A stretch of 62,819 nucleotides of DNA, the filler included. It is 6 parts of 6 records of this genome, joined end to end, with 100 filler letters (N's around TTAATTAATTAA, not from the genome) between each part and the next. Parts side by side here need not be neighbours in the genome. Positions count along the whole stretch, not along the records: positions 11,418 to 22,838 come from DRR378314_745; positions 22,939 to 29,066 come from DRR378314_746; positions 29,167 to 41,625 come from DRR378314_747; 3 more parts are not named here. One strand, written 5' to 3'. Made by a program: the position numbers and the translations under genes. Of this stretch, positions 21,917-34,584 are shown one piece after another; the stretch's first letter is position 1, and the number at the start of each line of letters is the position of its first letter. Below the pieces are notes generated by a model. The model had not been told where the DNA came from, made no database searches, and was given only the letters and a program-made list of their open reading frames with translations.

Positions 21917-22150
21917 ATGCGTGCCGCCTTGCTGGCGGGACTGCCCGGTGATCGTGCAGTCATCGAGATGGAACTGGGTGATTTCCTGTCGCAAATGCAG
22001 TGGCATGTCGTTGTGGAGCAGGAGGATGTTCCGCGTGGCTTCATGTTCCTGCACTGGTGGCCATGTCGAGGCCCTGTTCACTGCCCCTGACCCTGAGCTT
22101 GGCATGCACGGCAGGGACCTTGGGTCGAAGCTGATGGCGGTGTTGCGTTC
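21917..22150 (+). pseudogene. Degraded YjaB-like GNAT acetyltransferase
   Basis: One frame gives DRAVIEMELGDFLSQMQWHVVVEQEDVPRGFMFL. After a frameshift near 22053 another frame gives GGHVEALF..P...HGRDLGSKLM (motif A-like). Both ends appear lost. Confidence 0.6.
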
Positions 22151-22186
22151 GGCGGCCCGTGCCGCTGTACCCCCTGGCACCACACA

Positions 22187-22219
22187 AAGCAAAACGCCCC
22201 GCAATATTTTGCGGGGCGT
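22187..22219 (-). terminator. Terminator downstream of prs
   Basis: ACGCCCCGCAA / TTGCGGGGCGT stem followed on the minus strand by TTTGCTTT. Confidence 0.8.
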
Positions 22220-22250
22220 CCGGTGGTCCATCTCTGAATCGTCTGCGGCG

Positions 22251-22838
22251 TTAGCCGGTGTAGAGCGACTCGTAAATCGGGATCAGCGTCTTGTCCTCGA
22301 ACAGCGACGACACAGAGGTGCCATGCCAGATGTTCAGGATCGCCTGGGTGAACAGCGGTGCGGTGGGCACGATGCGGATGTTCGGGGCGTCCAGGATCGG
22401 TTGGGTCGGCTGGATCGAGTCGGTCAGCACCAGCGACTTCATCACCGAGTTGGTCACACGCTCGACCGCCGGGCCGGACATGACGCCGTGGCTGATGTAG
22501 GCGTGCACTTCCTTGGCGCCGTTGTCGAGCAGGATTTGCGCTGCCTTGCACAGGGTGCCTGCCGTGTCGCAGATGTCATCGACGATCAGGCAGATTTTGT
22601 CCTTCACGTCGCCGATGACGGTCATTTCGGCGATCTCGCCCGCCTTCTCACGCCGTTTGTCGACGATGGAGAGCGGCGCGTTGATGCGCTTTGCCAGCTC
22701 CCGGGCGCGGGCCACGCCGCCCACGTCGGGCGAGACCACCATCAGGTCGTCCATCTGGTCCTTGAACTGTGCCTTCACGTCCAGCGCAAAGATCGGGCTG
22801 GCGTAGAGGTTGTCCACCGGAATGTCGAAGAAGCCCTG
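22251..22838 (-). CDS. prs: Ribose-phosphate pyrophosphokinase, 5'-truncated
   Basis: [42 protein letters not shown]. Confidence 0.97.
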   Translation of the reverse strand, partial: QGFFDIPVDNLYASPIFALDVKAQFKDQMDDLMVVSPDVGGVARARELAKRINAPLSIVDKRREKAGEIAEMTVIGDVKDKICLIVDDICDTAGTLCKAAQILLDNGAKEVHAYISHGVMSGPAVERVTNSVMKSLVLTDSIQPTQPILDAPNIRIVPTAPLFTQAILNIWHGTSVSSLFEDKTLIPIYESLYTG

Positions 22839-22938
22839 NNNNNNNNNNNNNNNNNNNNNNNNNNNNNNNNNNNNNNNNNNNNTTAATTAATTAANNNNNN
22901 NNNNNNNNNNNNNNNNNNNNNNNNNNNNNNNNNNNNNN
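22839..22938. other. Artificial contig spacer
   Basis: N44-TTAATTAATTAA-N44. Confidence 0.99.
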
Positions 22939-22968
22939 CTCTCTCTCTCTCGCTCGCTCTCTCTCTCT
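22939..22968 (+). repeat. (CT)n microsatellite at contig edge
   Basis: ctctctctctctcgctcgctctctctctct. Confidence 0.85.
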
Positions 22969-23165
22969 TTCGCGGGGCCGCTGCGGCTGCGGCCCGGGCC
23001 ATGTGCAATAGGGCGGGATTGTAGTAGTGAGGTAGGTTTGTCTACGCGCGCCGTCGCGCCCGCGTCCTCTTGCCTGCCGTGTCGCGCGCAGCGTTGCACG
23101 CCCTCGAGACCGCGAGCGACCACGCTCACCGCGCAGGCACGCAGAGAGGTCCCCAGCACGCGGCG

Positions 23166-24516
23166 ATGATTGCGTCGACACCGTGTGCGTCATGCGGGGC
23201 GACGTCGTCCAAGTACCGTTGTCCAGCGTGCGCGACGTGCTCGTGCAGTCTCGCCTGCGTGCGCGCGCACAAGGAGGCGGCGCAGTGCACAGGTGCGTGC
23301 GGCAGCACCGCGGCGTACCTCGCTCACCGCGCAGCATCGCATCCCCGCACTCGCTGTGGCACCAGCGTGCGTATGTCAAGTGCTTGCATCTGCGAAGCAC
23401 GCGGTGAGAAGTGGCGGCGGGTCCCGCGCGCACGCTGGGGCCCGCCCGCGGCGTCGCGCGCACTCGCGTGCGGCTCCTCACGCAACGCGCGCCGGCTGCG
23501 ATGCGCGCCGTGCAGGCAAGGCGCCGCGCTCGACGTGGACACCCATCAAAGATTTCAACGATGACATCCTCCGCAAAGGTGCGCATGTATAGTACGTCTC
23601 ATTGTACGCTCGTGTATTGCTGCTGATATCATAGATGGAGGTGCAGGAAGGGCGTACGCGGGTCTTCCAGCGCCGTGAACGTACTCGCGTGCGGTGCGCG
23701 TGCGCCGCCGCAGACCTCCGGTTCCTCGAGGAAGTGAGCGCGCGCTGCGACGCGGCCGAGCGCGCGCTACCGGCACCGCGGGAAACACGGCGGCGATTCC
23801 GCGCCATCAAGCAGGTGGAACGGGCGTGTAGCGCGCGAAAGATCGTGTGGCGCACGGTTGCGGCCGGGATGAAGCAGCGGCGCGAGAACGCGACGCGCTA
23901 CCGCGCCGAGGATGACACGCTCGTGTGGACGGTGCGGTGGCGCTTCGGCGCGCCGCGCGTGCCCGACGCGTTTGTTGTGCTCGACCGCGCGGTAGCGGAG
24001 ACTACGACGCTGCAGGAGGCGCTCGATAGACACTTGGTGCAGCACACCAAGCGCGACGCGAAATGGTACGCTCGGTAGCGGGCGGGCGCTCGCTCTCTCT
24101 CTCTCCCTCTCCTCTCCCGGCTCGGCGCCTCACCGGCGCGCTGTGCGCGTGTGCGCGCGCGCTCCGCATCCAGGCACTTCCTCCTCCCGCGCGCATCGAA
24201 CCGGACAACGCTGCGGCTCTTCTTGCACGCGACATTCCAGCAGGTAAGTGGAATCGGGGCGCGCGCCGCTGCTGCGGGGCGGCCAAGCGCATGCACCGCG
24301 CCCTCACCATCTGTCATGTATTATACGCTCCGTACGCGTGCGGCGCACGCACAGCACGCATCGTCGCGCTTCGTCCCGCTCGACGAGCGCGCGACGCTGC
24401 GCGAGGCGCTGCAGGGCAAGACTGTCGTGGAGTTCCCGGAGATCCTCGTTCTGCTCCCGCACGAGGCAGCGGAGCTCGTTGCGCAGCACAACGCGGACGC
24501 GGACCCGCACTCATGA
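23166..24516 (+). CDS. BCD1: Box C/D snoRNA protein 1 (BCD1/ZNHIT6), 5 exons
   Basis: Exons 23166-23292, 23516-23578, 23714-24065, 24174-24243 and 24355-24516 join in phase. zf-HIT C..C.....KYRCP.C...CSL.C...HK....C.G, D.RFLEE, GM..RREN.T......WTV.W.F, L.E.L.GKT.VEFP.I.V. The start may lie further upstream. Confidence 0.88.
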
Positions 24517-27500
24517 GAGAATCCCATTGGAGAAGTTTTGAAATCTATCATATGCAGTTGTTCTAAAATTATTCAGTGATGAATGTATGAGCGAGAGCAC
24601 ATGATCCGCGACTTTGTCGTCAGTTAGGCTGACGCAGAAGCGCGCGACGAGCGCGTCGAGCAGCGACGGGCCGCCTTCAAAGCACGGGAACGACGAGCCC
24701 TCCATCGACATGGAAACCAGCTGAACGATGCGCTCGTGGTGTTTCCGGAGCGCAAGGAACCCGTGAATCATCAGCGACTGCATGCCCCACGAACAGAGTG
24801 CACACGCACGCACATGCACACGCGCGTACATACTTTCCATATGAGGTTGGGCAGCCCGCGCGCGATGGGAGCCGCCGCGACGCGGTGCGCGCATACGCGA
24901 GAGTGCGAGCACGCGGCGATGGCGCACGCACCGCACCGCCGCGACGGTACCCCAACAGCGCGGCGGTGCGCAATAGCGACGGTGCACGGCAGCGGCGGTA
25001 CCCCAACAGCGCGGCGGTGCGCAACAAAGACGCAAAGGAACACCAGCACGAAGCGCACCGCACCCGCCACAACGTACCACAAAGCGCGTAAAGTGCGGAC
25101 TATCAACCCCGTCCAGCAGCGCAACAAAGTCCTCGGAGAGCTTGAAAGGAGCGCTCTCGAAATTCATATTGAAGCCGGGCGAATTGCTGAGCATGAAGCC
25201 GTAGTCGATGTGGATCACATGACCGATCCGATCCAGCAGGATGTTCCCGTTGTGGCGATCCTTCACCTGAATGATGTAGCAGAACAAGGAGTATCCAGCC
25301 AGGGAATCGATGAAGTTTCTCCGCGCCTTTTCAAACGATGGCGTTTCTGGCGGACCGTACGCGGCCTCGAAAAATTGGCGCAGCGTTGCGCGCTCCGGTG
25401 GCGCATTCTTCTTCAGCGCGTGAAGCGAAACAGCGTCGGTGATCACCTCCATCAGGCCTCCCGTCCCCGTCACAGCAACGATATCGATCGGTTTCACCCA
25501 CAGGGGGAGACCTTCAGCAGCAAATATATCATGAAACTGCCGCAGTAGCTGATTCGCGAGCTGTTCTTGCCGTATGCCGTCACCGGATTTCACAATCATG
25601 GGTACGATGTCCCAGTGCGCGACGGAGCGCAGCGGCGAGGACTTGCGCATGAGCTCGCGCCGATCGGCAAGCGATAGCCCAAACGCTTCATCAAGCATCT
25701 CGCGGCCGGATGCGGAGCAGAAGTCATCGCTCTCCGCCGCCACTGCAACACGATCGTCCGTCGCGGCGGGCGGCACCACCCCTGCTGCTGCCGCAGCGGA
25801 GGACGATGCTGCGCCGTCGCTCTCCGATCCGCGCTCGTCGCCCTGCAGCGCCGTTGACGCGGCCATCTCCGCCTCGGCCCACGCAACGGCGCCGTTTTCA
25901 GAGCCGGAGCCATCGGAGAAGAACCGCCGCACTTCGATCACAATCATGTCCCCTTCACACGCCTCACGCATCGTCTCCGCGGCACCGCGAAGCGTACTAT
26001 CGCCTGCGAGTAGCGAGATGCCGTTCACGCGGATCACGTAGTCTCCCGGCCGGATCGTTCCCTCGCGGTCGGCGGGGGTGTTCTCAATCACCTGCCGCAC
26101 TTCGATCCCAAAGGGCGTGATCACATGCCGGAGAGCTAGCCCGATACTGTCCTCCTCCTGCGCAATGGGCATGGTAACGGTGAGAACCTTGCTGGGCCCG
26201 CTGAAACCTGCCACGTGCGCTCCGGCGGGCGGGAGGGAGAGGAGCGATGGCCGATCGCACGTGCCTTCGCCGTCTGCGACTTCCGCGTAGAGAATGAAAG
26301 GCGCACGGTCTCGCGACTGGAGGATCGAGGTACATTCAAAGGGGATGCGCATGACATGCCGTACTGTATCGGAGCCGGAGCACATGGGGAGGTACACTTT
26401 CATGTTTGGCAGGCGCTTGTTGAGATCGTCGAGGAACTTGCTCAGCGCCGGTGCACGCTCCGCGCGGGGCAGTTTCCGGAGCCCTTCACCATGCTCCACG
26501 AGCGACGCAATAAACCGCTCTTCTTCCGTCACGTACTTGGCAAGCTCGTGCCGCACATGTGTTACCGCAAGGGCATCAAGAGTCGCCTTGGGAAGGTTCT
26601 CGTTCCCTTGCTGCAGCGTCTCGTGCAGCGAAGTCGCACTCACGCTCGCGACAGACGCCGCATCGGGTATCGACAGCGACGACCGCCCGTTCACAAGCGC
26701 TTTTTCACAGTCTTCCAGCAATGAACTCACGCGTATATATCGCGGCGAAGTCGAGAGATATCCCTGCTCTTTGATTTCATCCAACATGGCCGTCAGCTGC
26801 CAAATTACTTTGAGGCCGAAATGAATGGAGCGCATCGACAGGTCCTGCACCCCAGCACCAAGCGTACGCGGATCGATGAAACGGCGATAGACGTGCCGGT
26901 ACAGCGGCGCGTGCGTGTCCTGCGCGCCTGCGATGCAGCGGTACCCGCGGTATCCCGGACGAACTCGGTGCGGGCCGCGCGTTCGCACGCACTGCGCCAT
27001 GCGCTGGATGGCGTACAGCAGCTGCATCGGAGTGGCCGAAGCTGCAGCACACACACACGTGCCCAGTGCGCCGCACGGAACGGTCACGCAGCACTTGTAC
27101 GGAGTGTGCGTGCGCTCGGTGACCTGCACACCATCGACCCACGCCACCCGGGCGCGCGCAACCACACCACACTGCAACTTGGCGCGACAAAACGCACCTC
27201 GAGCAAAAGGTGAAGTGGCGGCTTCTCCTTCGCCACTGCCGATGCAACGAGGTTGCACAGCTGCGGCAGGTAGAACTCGATCTTCGACGGGTCCATGCGA
27301 TACAGCTGATTGCAAATATACGCCTGAAGATGGGGCGATAGCACAGGCGGTGCACGCGCGAAGAGACGAGTCCTTTCAACGCAGACGCCAAGGCAGAGAC
27401 CGAGGCTCGGCGGTGCACGCGGGAGCCATAGCACGCGAGGGCTCTCACTGCGTGACTGAGGAGCGCATTGGTCGTGCAAAGCCTGCTGCACTTACTCTCG

Positions 27501-28490
27501 GACTATGTCAAGTCCCTGCTGGGAATGCTGAGTACGTCAAGGCGCCGTGCAACGATACGAGTCTACACGCCGCTGCACGGCGCTCCCGCGCGCACGCATA
27601 CCACGTGCTCGCGACTCCCCCACATCCACTGCACGCGCCTACTCGATCTCTACACTACTTTCGGCCATCCAACCATAATATGAAGTGGAACTCGCCGTAG
27701 CTACTTTATCATAGTGGCACAACGGCGCCCTTTCATTCGCCAGCGACTGCACAGCGCAGCGCGCAAGCAGCACGGCGCGGCACGGTTCGTGGGGTGGAAG
27801 CCCTGGATACCGTGTGCAGTCCGTTGCATGATCTGACAACGACGAGCCTCATGTGCATAACACGGTTGTAAAAATACTAGCGCAAGCGATGAGGCCATAT
27901 TACGACGCGGGCGGAAGCAGCAGTAGTGCGCCGCAGAGCCTCCCCGCGCCACCGCTGCGCCGCCGCCAACAGCGCCAGCACGCACACACGCGCACGCACT
28001 CAAGCGCGAGCGCCCACACACCCACGCGCTTCCACGAGACCGGTCGCACCTGTACGCCATCCACCGTAAACTTTTTGTGAAGATAATACACAGCAAGCCA
28101 CTCGTCGAAGAATTCACTTTGGAACAATCGCAACAGGGAGTCCATGGATAAGGAAGGAGACGGTTCCGCGAGCTCGTGCCGTGGCGGCGCTGCGTGCGTG
28201 CTCCCTTCTGCGCTGGCGGTGGTGTCGTCGCTGGCGCGCTCCACTGCACGCTGCTCCGCTGTCAAGCTCGACTCGACAGCAGACGCCGTTCCTTCCCCGC
28301 TGCTATCATGGGTAGCAGAGGTATCGGACTCGGTGGGCACAGCCTCAGCGGCAGCGTGCTCCTCTACGTCTGCAACATCGCTGCCGTCTTGGGCAGAGGC
28401 AGCGGCACTGTGCGAGCTCGTTTCGCCCGCTGCGGGTGCGGAAGCGACCTGCTCCGGCTCCGCCGCAACGACGCCCTCCTCTTCAGACAT
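24511..28490 (-). CDS. PI4KB: Phosphatidylinositol 4-kinase III beta (Pik1-like) with inserted PDZ domain, 4 exons
   Basis: Exons 28490-28050, 27323-27198, 26844-25078 and 24777-24511 are all phase 0. LLRLFQSEFFD, IEFYLPQL, LQSRDRAPF, IVKSGDGIRQE, SLAGYSL..YI.QVKDRHNGNILLD..GH.IHIDYGF, FESAPFKL, YD.FQ..SNGI. Confidence 0.92.
24945..25024. repeat. Direct repeat: 29-nt identical core with 51-nt period inside the last PI4K intron
   Basis: cggtaccccaacagcgcggcggtgcgcaa at 24945-24973 and 24996-25024. Confidence 0.9.
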
Positions 28491-29066
28491 ACACTTCTTC
28501 GCCAGCCTTGCGCGCGCGAAAGAGCTCGCACGGTGGACTTAGGTGGGACTGATACTGTAAAGTGGTTCGCTCGGCACTGCCTAGGTCGCTCAGGGACAGC
28601 ACGAGCACCCGTTGCTGCAGCGCGCGCCACGCTTTCCGGTCTCGCGTCAGCTGTGCGCGAAGCTCTGTGTCGTCAGTCAGTCGTGCGATAGGAGCACAGC
28701 AGCGCGCCACTCTGCGGGTACTCCGTGAGTGCAACAGTAAGGCCATGCAATATCTCAATACGCAGCGTGCTTTCTTTTGTATAACGCATTTATCAATTTT
28801 CCCAAGCTCCGCGTGCCGAACACCCATGATTATCTGATAGCATATTTGTACAATATATTAACATCTGTATGCAATATATACTGGAACATGGCGACCGGTT
28901 CCCTCGCCCTCGTATCCCAGCCACGTTCTGCTGTGGCGCCTAGTTTGCCGTCGCTGGCCCCCGCGCCGTAGACTGACGTGCTACTTTGCTCAGGACCAGC
29001 ACCGTAGAGCTCTCTCGCTACCATGGGTCGCGTTATCAGATGTGCGTTCACGGCGCAGGCATCGCG

Positions 29067-29166
29067 NNNNNNNNNNNNNNNNNNNNNNNNNNNNNNNNNN
29101 NNNNNNNNNNTTAATTAATTAANNNNNNNNNNNNNNNNNNNNNNNNNNNNNNNNNNNNNNNNNNNN
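29067..29166. other. Artificial contig spacer
   Basis: N44-TTAATTAATTAA-N44. Confidence 0.99.
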
Positions 29167-29167
29167 C

Positions 29168-32553
<3,386 letters not shown>

Positions 32554-32570
32554 GCGAAAAATTCCATTAA

Positions 32571-32633
32571 GTTCACAAATGTTCTCAAAAAGTTCTTTAC
32601 TGACTCACTGAAATATGAGAACAAAAGGTCAAC
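32571..32633 (+). promoter_or_regulatory. Alphaproteobacterial LexA boxes
   Basis: Perfect GTTC-N7-GTTC at 32581-32595, an extra GTTC at 32571, and GAAC-N7-CAAC (one mismatch) at 32619-32633. Confidence 0.75.
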
Positions 32634-32664
32634 AAAGGATTAATACCTGACCGGAGGTGAGACC

Positions 32665-32787
32665 ATGCTGACCCAGATCAAGACTGCCTTTACCCGCTCG
32701 CAATCCACGATTTTGCAGGATGCAGCCGGTGCGGTTTCGCTGATCGTGATGCTGGTGGTTGCCCTTCACCTTCCAAGCGGGTTCTAA
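32665..32787 (+). CDS. 40-aa small membrane protein, putatively SOS-induced
   Basis: GGAGG RBS at 32653; MLTQIKTAFTRSQSTILQDAAGAVSLIVMLVVALHLPSGF*; one C-terminal hydrophobic helix. Confidence 0.75.
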   Translation: MLTQIKTAFTRSQSTILQDAAGAVSLIVMLVVALHLPSGF

Positions 32788-32818
32788 GCCTTTCTGCCTG
32801 CGATCTCGTGCCGACAAC

Positions 32819-32976
32819 ACCGCGCTTGTCTCCCCATCTTAATCAAGGGTGACCTGCCTGTCCCATTTCCCTTGAAGGGGCCAGCCTCGGCCCCGCGCGG
32901 TTATCCGGACCCTACATGAGAAACGCATGACTTGCCGCCGCCCTTTCTGCCCGGAAGGTGCGGCGGTTCTTTTTTT
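32819..32976 (+). ncRNA. Candidate structured 3' UTR / sRNA ending in an intrinsic terminator
   Basis: Nested stems 32819-25/32895-901, 32843-49/32869-75 and 32877-82/32889-94; unpaired UCUCCCC; terminator 32935-32976. Confidence 0.45.
32935..32976 (+). terminator. Rho-independent terminator
   Basis: CCGCCGCCCTTTC...GGAAGGTGCGGCGG followed by TTCTTTTTTT. Confidence 0.8.
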
Positions 32977-33613
32977 ACAGCTGCCCTGTTTTGATGATTT
33001 CGATCGCTGCAGACAGGACGGAATTCACCGCAACAGATGCCAGGATCATCCCCATCACACGGCTTATAATCGCGGCACCGGAATGCCCGATCAAACGGAT
33101 GATCGGCTCGGCCAGCAACATCAATACAAACGCTATCGCAATCACAACCAACATCACCAGCGCGGTAATGCTCTGATCGGCGATGCTGAACCGGTTGTTG
33201 TCGGTCAGAACAACTATTGCCAGCATCGCGCCGGGTGATGCCAGTGAAGGCACAGCAAGCGGAAATATGGCCGGGTTCGTCTTGTGCATTTTGTCATCCA
33301 GGTCTTCTTCGGCCTGACGTTGTTCGATCTCTTGTTTGCTTTCGCCAAAAATCATGGTCAGCGCGAACAGGAACAGGATAATTCCACCCGCGACCTGAAA
33401 CGAGTTCAGGCCGATATCCAACGCCTCGATTACCAACTGGCCGAAGACAAGGAAGAACAATAGAATGCCCGCGCTCACCAATGCCGCCAGCAGGGCGGTT
33501 TTTCGACGCGCTCCTGCAGCAATACCTGCGGTGACGGCGATAAAGACGGGGATCGTGCCGATCGGGTCGATAACAACCCAGAGCGTTACGAAATGTTCCA
33601 GCAAATTGTTCAC
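32975..33613 (-). CDS. MarC family integral membrane protein
   Basis: F.TL.VVIDPIG..PVF; F.VAGGI.LF..A..MI; AIFPLA.P.LA.PGA; I.R.MG.ILA..AV. Confidence 0.93.
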   Translation of the reverse strand: MNNLLEHFVTLWVVIDPIGTIPVFIAVTAGIAAGARRKTALLAALVSAGILLFFLVFGQLVIEALDIGLNSFQVAGGIILFLFALTMIFGESKQEIEQRQAEEDLDDKMHKTNPAIFPLAVPSLASPGAMLAIVVLTDNNRFSIADQSITALVMLVVIAIAFVLMLLAEPIIRLIGHSGAAIISRVMGMILASVAVNSVLSAAIEIIKTGQL

Positions 33614-33670
33614 GTTAGCCCCCCAAGACAGTTGAGGAACCCTATACGGCTTTACCCGGAAAGGCCACGC

Positions 33671-34123
33671 TCAGGCGCAATTGGCTTGTTCGGCTTGCTC
33701 CATCGCATCGGCAGTCGCGTCAAGCGCCAAAAGGATCGAAGCATGGCGGTTCTTGTAATCCCGTGCAGGCAAAAGAACTTCGAGCTCGTCAAAGGGCGCA
33801 ACGGGGACAGGGCCGTCTTTCTTTAGCATCGCAGAAAGCTGATCGCGCGCGGTTTCGACCTGAGCCCGCGTAGTTCCGATCACCGCGCTGCCCACGACCG
33901 AGGCCGATGCCTGACCCAGCGCACAGGCCTTGACGTCCTGCCCAAACTCCGTGATCCGCCCGTCTTCGACCTTGACGTCGACTGTCACGGTCGACCCACA
34001 CAGGGGCGCGCGTTTCTTCACTGTCGCATCGGGATTGTCCAACCGGTCCAGATGCGGAATATCCGCTGCAAGTGCCAGTATGCGCCCGGAATAGAGCTTG
34101 ATCAGATCGGTTTCGCCGCTCAT
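33671..34123 (-). CDS. IscU/NifU-like Fe-S scaffold family protein
   Basis: PLCGS.V.VD, V.ACALGQA.AS, Y.NRHAS.LL. Confidence 0.88.
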   Translation of the reverse strand: MSGETDLIKLYSGRILALAADIPHLDRLDNPDATVKKRAPLCGSTVTVDVKVEDGRITEFGQDVKACALGQASASVVGSAVIGTTRAQVETARDQLSAMLKKDGPVPVAPFDELEVLLPARDYKNRHASILLALDATADAMEQAEQANCA

Positions 34124-34189
34124 GGCTTTCCCTCGTTGTCTATTCCCCATACATAATGGCGGGATTCTGGGATGCAAAAGGTTTTTGCG

Positions 34190-34561
34190 ATGGCTGATAC
34201 AGTCTTGTTCGATCCGTCGACTCTGAAATTCAACGAGGCGGGATTGATCCCTGCGATCGCGCAGGATGCAGAAACCGGAGAGGTTCTGATGATGGCCTGG
34301 ATGAATGCCCAGTCCATCAATCGCACGTTAGAGTCCAAACGCGTCACCTATTGGTCGCGGTCGCGGCAGGCGTTCTGGGTCAAAGGCGAAAGCTCTGGCC
34401 ATGTGCAGCAGTTGGTGGACTTTCGGGTCGATTGCGACCGGGATTGTCTGCTGGTGCTGGTGAACCAAACCGGACCCGCCTGTCACACCAATCGGCGGAG
34501 CTGTTTCTACACAGCCATACGCGACGGGAACGAAGTCGAGCTTATGTCACCGATGGAATAA
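34190..34561 (+). CDS. hisI: Phosphoribosyl-AMP cyclohydrolase
   Basis: GLIPAIAQD, LMMAWMN, YWSRSR..FW.KGESSGH.Q, DCDRD, GPACHT.RRSCFY. Confidence 0.96.
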   Translation: MADTVLFDPSTLKFNEAGLIPAIAQDAETGEVLMMAWMNAQSINRTLESKRVTYWSRSRQAFWVKGESSGHVQQLVDFRVDCDRDCLLVLVNQTGPACHTNRRSCFYTAIRDGNEVELMSPME

Positions 34562-34584
34562 TGCCGTCTGTGGCAACAACCATG

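Noticed and set aside
21615-22886. 423-aa plus-strand ORF
   Set aside because: Mostly antisense to prs and out of frame with the GFA-like gene. Only a short part matches the GNAT remnant.
24511-27315. 934-aa ORF taken as the complete PI4K protein
   Set aside because: Its first ~157 residues and a 100-aa internal block are intronic or out-of-frame sequence. The spliced model restores the conserved motifs.
28830-29066. Minus-strand frame open from the contig edge, a possible last exon of another gene
   Set aside because: Short, with no motif, so it cannot be supported.
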